From Sphaeroforma arctica JP610 (lineage: Eukaryota), in NCBI RefSeq assembly GCF_001186125.1, contig NW_014040433.1, positions 76,631 to 96,630 on the forward strand: DNA of 20,000 nucleotides, in the 5' to 3' direction. A program made the translations under genes and the position numbers. How positions within the stretch are numbered: the first letter of the stretch is position 1; the number at the start of each line of letters is the position of its first letter. Positions 1 to 9,140 of this stretch are shown here, piece after piece. The notes beneath the pieces were generated by a model. It ran no database searches and was not told the origin of the DNA. It was given only the letters and a program-made list of their open reading frames with translations.

Positions 1-53
1 GGTGACAATGTCAAGCCAGTGCCGCTCTTGCTGTATTGAAGTCAGCTGTTGTC

Positions 54-81
54 GAATTCGAATTCGAATTCGAATCTGAAT
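54..81. repeat. (GAATTC)n hexamer microsatellite, 3 perfect plus 1-2 degenerate units, self-complementary
   Basis: gaattcgaattcgaattcgaatctgaat read directly. Confidence 0.8.
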
Positions 82-189
82 TTGACTTCCAGGCCGAATC
101 ACTTTTTAAATGGCCTGACCCACACTCACACATTCTGATCATCATATACTGGCAATCGCTACTCTCTTCTCTCACCACGAAATAAATAG

Positions 190-1951
190 TTGCCTCTCTG
201 GACGGAGGGCTCTCGTACGAGGAAGACTTACCTGCAACGACGCCGAAAGACACATCTGCGACTGAGTCTTCCACCCCGGTACCCTCAGCCAGCAGCGAAG
301 CTCTGGTTACGACCTCTCCCCTTCACAGTGCATCTCCCAGTGCCGTGGTATGTTAGTTTGTGCGCAGCTGTTTTCATGTTAAAGACACGTGGTCACAATT
401 CCCGTCGTGCTTCTCCCAGTATTGTGACAGATATCGAAGTTCACGTTACAGACCTTAGATTTTGTTTGTACCTTGATATGATGTATTTGTTGACGATTTG
501 GATCTTGAAATCTATTGACCTGCCAGTTCATTATCAGGTGGGATCAGTCATATGATCCACAGTGCCATGTTTGTTTACAGACTCATTTGGTAATCACGCC
601 TACGTCGAAGTACCTTGGTCACACTGATGGCTACGTACTTCATACATACTCTGGTAGACCTTTTTATAGCACACCGTGTTCTGATATATTTTTGGTGTCT
701 GTAAATTAGTTTGATGTACTTCTGAACTGAGTAGGTAGCTAGAACTTCTCGGTAGTGACTGCCACTTCGAATTTTGCAATTGAAGTATACAGGTTTGCAC
801 ATTTTGTTTGGGCACACTCTGGTTTGTAACAGTATGCTCGAAACCAATTTACTCTAAGCACCACGGCTGGTCCTACACATATCACACACCGCAATCACTC
901 ATATGACTAAAAGCAGGTGATGCGATCAGCCTCGATTATCCGACATTAAACAAAGTTTCGCTCGACACAACTGGTTGTTTTGTAGTTCTATTTCTGATAG
1001 TGATCAAACCTTTCAACACTACGGACTATTTCACAGGCGACGCCGGCAACGCTTACCTTGACCGCAAACGGAACGAGCAATGCACAGGGTGTTCTTGAAG
1101 TTCAAACTCCTCAGGAGTTCCCTGCCTGGTGCACCGAAAGCACGTGTATTGCTGTCGAGAGCGCTTTGCCAGCTGACTATCCGGCTGGTACCCTACAGTT
1201 CCGCAGCTTCAACGTGACGTAAGTATATGACGCATACATATGTCGCAGCTTGATATACGTTTATGTATCTATGGGATACGTATGCGACGTGTTTCAGAGT
1301 TTTAGGCGCATCATGGAGAGGGGTTTGGGAGTATCCGTCTGCAGCACGGCCAGGTATTCATTGTCGTATCATAAGGTTATAAGTCGCGACTGCCTCTGTC
1401 GCCCACAGTTGGATCAAACACATTCGAACTGTCTAATACAGGTATATGTCTTACTTGTGATACTAAATCTGTTTTTTTGCCTGTCTCACTTTTATACAGC
1501 GCTGGCGACACTTCCATAATCGGTTATAAAGGGCCCGCGGATACCGCACTAACTGTTACTACAGGATCAAGTACGTATTTGTTTTTAAACGTAGGTAGTT
1601 TTCGAGTAAAGTTCTGTTTTCATTCTCATGACCCGCTTCTAAATCAGTCACTGCTATTTGACACATGACTGTATAACGCATATGAATATGCATGTCGAAG
1701 TATCAATTGTAGGTCCTGACGTTTAAGTGAAGGGTACTAATCTATTCATTCTCTACTATACCTTAACAGATGGAGGTGGGGAATTACTGGTAACCTTGGG
1801 TCCGGTAGTCAATGACACTTACACGTACGAGTATGCCTCCTGCAATAACTCCACACAGGAAATCTATGTCAACTTCCTTATACCTGAAAATACTGTCGGC
1901 GGAAGGGTGAATATTTGGTTTGTAGAATCTGAGGGTTGTATCGCGAGGTAG
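190..1951 (+). CDS. 3' part of a spliced gene for an uncharacterised, probably secreted/cell-surface protein: Ser/Thr/Pro-rich linker followed by a beta-rich C-terminal domain. Exons 190-347, 1037-1218, 1500-1570, 1770-1951; 5' end upstream or not identified.
   Basis: Junctions are canonical and phase-consistent: aatag|190, 347|gtatgt, tcacag|1037, 1218|gtaagt, atacag|1500, 1570|gtacgt, taacag|1770, TAG ending 1951. Spliced product: ASLDGGLSYEEDLPATTPKDTSATESSTPVPSASSEALVTTSPLHSASPSAV|ATPATLTLTANGTSNAQGVLEVQTPQEFPAWCTESTCIAVESALPADYPAGTLQFRSFNVT|AGDTSIIGYKGPADTALTVTTGS|NGGGELLVTLGPVVNDTYTYEYASCNNSTQEIYVNFLIPENTVGGRVNIWFVESEGCIAR*. It has several N-x-S/T sequons and 4 Cys. AT-rich sequence with AATAAA follows the stop. 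Confidence 0.75.
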
Positions 1952-2526
1952 CTTTGAAGGATAAATTATCATGATAGTATTGTTGTGAAAGGTTATTATA
2001 TATGTGTATATAAAAATACATGTTATTTAAGCTTATGAATAGTAAATAATAAAGTATTTATTGTGTCGTTAGAATTCTTTTGGGCCATGGTGCATTTTAA
2101 GACCTGAAGTTCAGGTGACTGTGGCATCTTCGATTGTGATCAACTATTTTTTTGTGTGCCGCTCATTGCTTTATTCGGGGAACAGGATAGGCCTATTCAG
2201 CATATTAGCAGCAGTCGAAGTGGTAGAAAAAACAGTAGAGGGCGTACTTCTCCTTCTGTTGAACAAGCGAGGCATCCATGGGAAGAAAATGCACAAACTT
2301 CCAGTGCACTGCAGGCGTAGAGGGCCTTCTAAAAACCAAGTGAACAGTTTACGGGGAGATATGTTGTCCCGACTTGTATGGCGCACTAGGCGTAGGCGTG
2401 AAGCGCGTCCCGATTGATGAGCGAATCATTCATAGATAACTCTGAATTACATCAATTTCCGATAGTAGAGGGTCTTTTAATAAACAAGTTTTTGAGATAT
2501 ATTGCCCCAACTGCACTGGGATAACG

Positions 2527-3250
2527 TTTGCTGTAAACGTTGTTTGTGTAGTTGTACTGTTATATAATTTGCTGTAAACGTTGTTTGTCTAGTTGCACTG
2601 TAATGCCATTTGCTGTAGACGTTGTTTGTCTAGTTGTACTGTAGTGACATTTGCTGTAAACGTTGTTTGTCTAGTTGCACTGTAATGGCATTTGCTGTAA
2701 ACCTTGTTTGTTTAGTTGCACTGTAATGACATTTGCTGTAAACGTTGTTTGTCTAGTTGCACTGTAATAACATTTGCTGTAAACGTTGTTTGTCTAGTTG
2801 CACTGTAGTGACATTTGCTGTAAACGTTGTTTGTCTAGATGTACTGTTATAAAATTTGCTGTAAGCGTTGTTTGTCTAGTTACTGTAATGACAACTGCTG
2901 TAAACATTGTTTGTCTAGTTGTACTGTAATAACATTTGCTATAAACGTTGTTTGTCTAGTTGCACTGTAGTGACATTTGCTGTAAACGTTGTTTGTCTAG
3001 ATGTACTGTTATAAAATTTGCTGTAAACGTTCGTTGTCTAGTTGCACTGTAATAACATTTGCTGTAAACATTGTTTGTCTAGTTACTGTAATGACAATTG
3101 CTGTAAACATTGTTTGTCTAGTTGTACTGTAATAACATTTGCTGTAAACGTTGTTTGTTGTGTTGCACTGTTATAACATTTTCTGTAAACAGTGTTTGTC
3201 TAGTTGCATTGTTGTAACATTTGCTGTGAACGTTGTTTATTAACGTTTGC
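2527..3250. repeat. Intergenic minisatellite, ~41-bp unit (tttgctgtaaacgttgtttgtctagttgcactgtaatgaca), about 17-18 copies
   Basis: Contiguous head-to-tail copies with variation mostly in the last ~8 nt; a few shorter units (ctagttactgtaatgacaa). It lies between two convergent genes. Confidence 0.97.
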
Positions 3251-3510
3251 TGCCTATCTGTCAGTTTTATTAGTGTGATATGCCATAAAAACCGGAGTGA
3301 AAAACCACAAGGCTGCTGATCTAGATCGTAAAGCAAGCGTTTCGTATTTGAAAGAACCAGCGCGGCGACCAATAGTGGCCAGTTGGATCAGCGCGAATTG
3401 ATATCCGCATATCCATCTTTATAATCAAAATCCATGTATACTTCTCGATAATCAATATCCATATATACTTCTCCGTCTAAATCTGTACAGACATCGTATC
3501 TAATTCTAAT

Positions 3511-4833
3511 TTATATGCGTTTCTTCCCGTCTTTCAGATCCGTTCCACCCCGATTTGCACACCCCACAGCAGTAGGCGTGGGCGTAAGGAATATACTCAT
3601 CAGGGGCAGACCACAACTCAAACATACAATGAGATTGTGCTGTAGCTCTTTACCAATGAACGCTTCCCGGAACAGGACCACAGGCAGATATTTGATCACG
3701 GCCAAGCCTAAGGGGCCAGCAACGATCGTGCCAAGCATGATGTGGTTCCCATTGACGAGATCGGAAGCGTACAGTGTGTAGATCCCATACAGAGCGAAGG
3801 GCAAGTTTAACATAGCACTACTCGCCACACCAGGAACATACCGCAGGTAGTACACTGATGGAATGATGTGCAGGAAGAGAGCACCACTGGCTAAAAAGAT
3901 TAAGTTGAATAGCAGTGCAATAGAGCGACGTGACGTGGGGAGTACGAAAGAGAGTGGCAGCAGCATCATAAGGCTCCACTCGTAGATGTTTTCCCACAGT
4001 ATAGTCTCAAGATCATACGGACATGTACCAGACATGATGTAGACGTACTTCACGGTGGGGTGCTCCACTATCGCCGCTTCACAATCAAAGATCTTCTCTG
4101 ATAGGAATTGCACATACGCATGCCTCTCCTTGTGCAGCAGATCAAAACCATACGACTCGACACATCTGAGTCCTACCATTGCACTGCAAAATAGACACAG
4201 CCATGTCAGCCATTCGCGCGCATCATGGGTCAACTTGACGTACGGCGGGGCTAGCATGAATGGGATCCCAGCTATTAAGAAACCACCAATGAAGAGAGCC
4301 CAGGTGCTCGTTAGAAAACGGTAGCCGTACGATGATTGATCCAAGCCTCCTGAGAAGATCGGAATGAATTGCAAACAATGAATATCAAGGATTGGGAAAA
4401 TCGAATAGTCATTTCCGTCGTCTGGAAAGTATGTCACATGCATTGGGATATAAACATATAAACATATATATATATATATATATATAGGTTTAGTACCTAG
4501 TATATATATATATATATAGTATTACGTACTGTATATATATATATATATATAATATACTATATATATATATATATATATATAGCGGGTTCTTAGATCTATA
4601 CACCCGGTCGCAATTTCGTGTACATGAACGTTGAAAAACATTTTACAAATATGTATCTCCTTCTTGAAAGTTTACTTGGGCTTCCGTAAATACATACCTC
4701 CATGTAGTACCCCTCCGACGAGACTCCAAGCCAGGAGTACACCCACTAGCGGTAAATATACAGCCTTGGTCAGCATTCTGGCCGGTATATCAGGTGCCTT
4801 CGGATTAGCATCGTATCCACCTAACGACGACAT
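3511..4833 (-). CDS. Multi-pass membrane protein, HXXEE-domain-like with a degenerate motif, ~348 aa. Exons 4833-4698 and 4421-3511.
   Basis: Exon 1 ATG at 4833 encodes MSSLGGYDANPKAPDIPARMLTKAVYLPLVGVLLAWSLVGGVLHG then G|gtatgt. Acceptor tttccag|AC at 4421 restores the frame of the 310-aa ORF. Many hydrophobic helices. WLTWL..LRCVESYGFDLL, FLHII and YVPGVASSAMLNLP resemble HXXEE-family segments (HQFEEHG.DL, H, YNPG..TA..L.LP). C-terminus is KKRI. Confidence 0.85.
4464..4581. repeat. Compound (TA)n microsatellite: four TA blocks separated by short spacers, inside the HXXEE-like gene intron
   Basis: TA runs at ~4464-4486, 4501-4518, 4532-4551 and 4557-4581. Confidence 0.9.
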
Positions 4834-5310
4834 CGTGTATGGAGTAATGAGCGCTAGTACGTGACCGGATCAAATTTGAAGTGCACTTTTTGAATTTCCC
4901 CCATTTTGGTGAAAATGGCAAAAAATATGACACGAGCGAGAAAGGTAAAAAGTAAAAACAACCCTTGTACAAACCGAAAGACCTACAGCTGTGGATTGCA
5001 ATGCGATATTAAATAAATTTAACACAAGTCGTGTAAAAGGGTTTTAGTACACAGGTTTGTTGAACGTGTTTATTGGTAACCAGTACCCATGTGATCGAGC
5101 TATTTTCATATACGTGTAAAGAACAGTTTTTTTTTTTTGCGTTCTCATAATTGAGGTGTTGCTACTAATCTATCACAGAGAGAAAAGATTTAGCACTTCA
5201 TGCTCCTACTGTTTTTTGTGTGGGCACATTTCTTATGTCCTTGAATAAAACCGTCTCGCTTGTGATGAGCTGACTTGATATCACCTTAGATCCTCAAGAG
5301 TATTATATGC

Positions 5311-5460
5311 TTACGACGGAGCACTCAAATATTGCACGACCTGCTTCATGGTCTACGAGCACTGGTATCGGTATTAGACACGTGCAGCATTGGTTCGTTC
5401 CTGTATGTTCTCTCGATACTACACTATGTGTTCCAGCCTCCAAAAATATCTCTTACTAGA
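5311..5460 (-). pseudogene. Degenerate tandem duplicate of the last ~50 codons of the adjacent kinase
   Basis: Offset ~185 bp from the source (gcactcaaat at 5321 vs 5507; tcgatactacac at 5413 vs 5597). Reads RDIFGGWNT*CSI...MKQVVQYLSAPS* versus RDTFGDWDTWCSI...MEQVVHYLSALS*. Contains an internal stop and indels. Confidence 0.85.
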
Positions 5461-5496
5461 TGAGTCGAATTATTACCAGCCTAAAGTATGATACAC

Positions 5497-6432
5497 TCAC
5501 GACAAAGCACTCAAATAGTGCACGACCTGCTCCATGGACCAGCGAATATTTGGGTCGGGGTCACACATATTTAGCAGTAGTTCTTGAATGTCTCCGTCGA
5601 TACTACACCAGGTGTCCCAGTCACCAAATGTGTCTCTCCGTAGATAATGCAGATAACCAATATCGGTCTCATGTGCGAACTGGAAGGGCAGCCTTGAGGT
5701 AGACATTGAATACATGGTAATGCCCAACGCCCAAACATCAGACTTATACAAATCGAAATGCCAGTTGTATATGTTTACTCTGCTTCGCGCAGTGTGTGTC
5801 GCGCTTACTATTTCTGGTGCTAAATACGTGATCGTACCACACTGTAGTATTTCTACCGGGAGTTCTGCAACTTGGCTTTCGCCCAGGTCTAAGAGCTTCA
5901 GTGTTCGCCCAGACGACATCATACAGACGTTGTCTCCCTTGATATCTCGGTGTGCGACCCCTTTCGAGTGCATATGCATGACTGCAGCAGCTAACTGTCG
6001 GCTGTAGTGTAAGAATTCCTCACGCCCGAAACCAGTTGGGGCGACGGTAAGTCTGTCTACCAGAGATCCATCATCGCAGAACTCCATAACCAGACAGGCT
6101 TGCTGATTTATATCATCGTAAAATAAATCATACGCCTGTGCCACATTGGGATGCTCTCCAATAGCCGTATATATTTCGTACTCGTGGCGGGCGATGCTTG
6201 AGAGATCAGTATTGAATTTCTTAACAGCTGCAGTTTTCCTCAAATGCGTATCGTACACTTTATAGATAGATCCCGACACACTCTCATGCAGTATTTGTTC
6301 GTTGAGGAAACGTGGAGACGCAGCGTCGAGTGTATCGTTACTCATAGTAAGCATTGCAAGTAATTCAACTATAATAGATGGGGAAACGTTAGGTAGTAGG
6401 CCCGATTTGGTCCTTATCGCTGACACTAACAT
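5497..6432 (-). CDS. Intronless Ser/Thr protein kinase; true start may be the downstream Met of MLTMSNDTL
   Basis: AAVKK (subdomain II), HEYE (alphaC), LVMEFC, HRDIKGDN, LLDLG, CGTITYLAPE, SDVWALG and DPDPNIR are all present in one ORF. The Gly-loop is atypical (LHESVSG). Confidence 0.95.
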   Translation of the reverse strand: MLVSAIRTKSGLLPNVSPSIIVELLAMLTMSNDTLDAASPRFLNEQILHESVSGSIYKVYDTHLRKTAAVKKFNTDLSSIARHEYEIYTAIGEHPNVAQAYDLFYDDINQQACLVMEFCDDGSLVDRLTVAPTGFGREEFLHYSRQLAAAVMHMHSKGVAHRDIKGDNVCMMSSGRTLKLLDLGESQVAELPVEILQCGTITYLAPEIVSATHTARSRVNIYNWHFDLYKSDVWALGITMYSMSTSRLPFQFAHETDIGYLHYLRRDTFGDWDTWCSIDGDIQELLLNMCDPDPNIRWSMEQVVHYLSALS

Positions 6433-6675
6433 GTTGAAACCTTGAAGTACTGTATATAGCCAATATGATTAAGAGATCTCTCTTATATATGTATTCATTT
6501 TTATAAATTCAGGACAATAGCATTGCGACAATTTTCTTTTCTGCGGAATTGGAGTGCCTCCAGGGTGTCTTCCGAGGTGTCGGCATTTTTATTTAACATT
6601 TATGCACCGAATTAGGCAATTCCATATCGCAGTATTTTAAATTGATATCAACTCAGTTACTCTACCACTCTACAG

Positions 6676-7569
6676 TTGGGCCATAACTTGGAGACTGTTC
6701 GAAGAGCGGATCTAAATGAGTAAACTTTTCTGAATTTGAATAAAGTCCATACGAACGGCAAATTGGAATTCGAGATTTTTCACCATCAAGCATTTTATCA
6801 TTCTTATGACTTTTATTCACACTGGGGGAAATTAAATACGATTTTAATCGGCATGTTGCACTTGTGAGTGAGTTGAGATCCTTTATTTCGATTTGCATCC
6901 TCATTTAACGCGGTACTTTACACCCTATTGGTACATTTCCCCTGTTTGTGCACTAAACGCACACTATAAAGATTAACAGATGTTATCTGCGAATTTCCCC
7001 GAAGCGCCGCTATGCATATGGGCACTTTATCAAGGCATGCACACAAGGGAGTACACACCCTGTGTTGACTGCCATATGTGGCGGGAATTCATGTGCCCGC
7101 CTAAGGCCATTTGTATGTACATATTAGAAACGTCTCTCAGTAGCTTCCGCATCGCATCAGCACCATATCATGCTTATGCTCTCTTCTAATTGCTTGTGTT
7201 TTCAGTGCACAGATGAATTAAAGGGCGCACTGATTCAATCTTACACACCCTTCTACAAGTACCGGCTCGTTCCAGGATTGAGTTTATCATTAATACCACC
7301 AGTGTCGCCTCTTTCGAATCTCGATTGGCAGAAAGTGCAGATTTCCTTCCATTCTTATATGGTGTATATATCACCACGACTGATGGGTGCACGCGAGTAT
7401 AAATAGTACATCTTTGGCTTCGGCTTCCGAACGGCAATGTCAATTTAGAGCAAAATATATACGCTTACAAAATTTCATTTCCTTTGCTATCCGCAGACAA
7501 TACTTCCAACACTCCCAATATTGTGGTCTCAGGCGGGCGTGGCCAGTATTTTGACAATGTTCATTGCGG
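6676..7569 (+). pseudogene. Possible decayed spliced gene of unknown family; candidate exons 6676-~6911, 6980-7112, 7206-~7400, 7497-7569
   Basis: Good-looking splice signals on + (ctacag|6676, taacag|6980, 7112|gtatgt, ctaat..ttttcag|7206, ttcctttgctatccgcag|7497, 7569|gtatga) flank non-repetitive sequence. Frames are interrupted by stops and no family was recognised. Confidence 0.25.
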
Positions 7570-8343
7570 GTATGATGATAGCCAGTATAGTCTTTCTGCG
7601 TACTGTCGTGTGATCAAGTACATATTCTTATAATCACGCGGCATATGGTAGCGCATCAATGATGAACCCTTTCCGCACTTTCAAATAATGAAAGGACTCA
7701 TACTTGCGCGATAAAGGTGTGCTTGTGCGTGTGATGTGTGTATGCATAGAGACGGCAAGAATGGTAAGTTTGCAGTGTCTCAAATCTTCTTTCCCATGGT
7801 TCTGGGAATCCACAGGTTGTAAGATTGTGTAGGGGCCGTGCCGTGCCAAATTGCAGGATGGGTGCTGGCGATAACAGCTAGAAATGTACCATGCAGCCTC
7901 GGATAGGTACTAGCGCGTGCCGAGCGTTCGAAAGCATCTCCAAAGTGTGCCTCCATAACTTAATAGTACAGATCGCACCTGGGAGTCGGGGGCCGGCCAC
8001 AAGGATCTACAGGGGCCTGGTTAAGTTCCTGTTGAAACACTTACCTTTGTATCTACCGGATCTGCATACCTGAATGATAGCGAAGACTTGAATAGAGCCT
8101 GAAAACCTCGTCGAAAAATAACTACCCAGCAGGACGACATGTGTTTGAAGATTGTTGCACATATGATTACACGCTAAAAGCCCACACTTCAATCACTCGA
8201 CTCGATGACTACATTGGGAACGTACTCCGGCTGAGCTGATTATGTGCGTATCGGATACAATATTGCGGCATATACACGGGAAGATATATGGGAGCAGGTT
8301 CGCCAATCACAAGTCCATTAAATTACGCTTATCTGATCTTCTA

Positions 8344-8412
8344 CTATAAGGCTTTCCTGGTAGCCAGCGTATCGACAAGGGTACAGTCTTCGTCTTTGAA
8401 GATCGCACCGTT
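8344..8412 (-). CDS. LENG8: THP3/LENG8 terminal exon ([22 protein letters not shown])
   Basis: ttggcag|, ends with tandem TAG TAG. Confidence 0.85.
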   Translation of the reverse strand, partial: NGAIFKDEDCTLVDTLATRKAL

Positions 8413-8551
8413 CTGCCAATTGCGAAGTAAATCACGGCTATATTAGATAATGTATACATACATGTATATGAATACACGCGTGTCTACCTACATTCATATA
8501 CAAACAAATGCTAAATATATATCACACTCATACGCACAAAGGATGACGGAT

Positions 8552-8592
<41 letters not shown>

Positions 8593-9103
8593 AATATATA
8601 AAACACACACACACACTTAGATATATACTTGTATGTACACGCTTTCTTTGAATTTTTTCTCACGATGGAATTAATTGGTAAGGTACACAACGATGCACAC
8701 ACATAAAAACCAGGCAAACACACACACACACGCTAGAAGAAAAAGAGTGTATAGTGTGCGTGGTGCGCACAATCATACATACGTCTTCTAGAAAGCTAAT
8801 AGCCTCCAGTCGGTTCCTGAAGCCTAATGATTCCACTATGTAGTCGCTGGGCACGGTCGGACCCATGCTGTTCGTATAAGCAAGCAATATCAGTCAAGTG
8901 CGATCAGAATGGACTAGAGATACATCCGCTGCACTGAAATAGAACGTGTACCACCCTTGAAACTGTGCAACGAGTTCAACGCATTCAGCATATACATACA
9001 CCAGGACCAGGCACAAACACAATACAGACAGACCATATATACACAAACACACACAAACACGTACAAACACACATACACACACACACACATATATATGTAT
9101 GTA

Positions 9104-9140
<37 letters not shown>

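Noticed and set aside
54..81. Tandem EcoRI sites as a cloning/linker artefact
   Set aside because: The run degenerates gradually (gaatct, gaattt) like a natural microsatellite and no vector sequence was recognised.
11..555. ORFs 11..274(-) and 190..555(+)
   Set aside because: Shadows of the real + strand exon 190-347, which uses a different frame and splices in phase to 1037.
2100..2450. Short ORFs on both strands; faint similarity to 7750-7805 (ccatgggaa..aaactt.cca); possible TE relic
   Set aside because: No recognisable domain or terminal repeats, and the similarity is too weak to support by eye.
2527..3250. CRISPR-like array (constant ~32 nt plus variable ~8 nt)
   Set aside because: Variable parts are too short and mutually homologous, there are no cas genes and the context is eukaryotic; it is a minisatellite.
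3515..4864. + strand ORFs 3515..3781, 4055..4324 and 4631..4864
   Set aside because: Antisense shadows of the HXXEE-like exons.
5460..6007. + strand ORFs overlapping the kinase
   Set aside because: Antisense shadows with no independent motifs.
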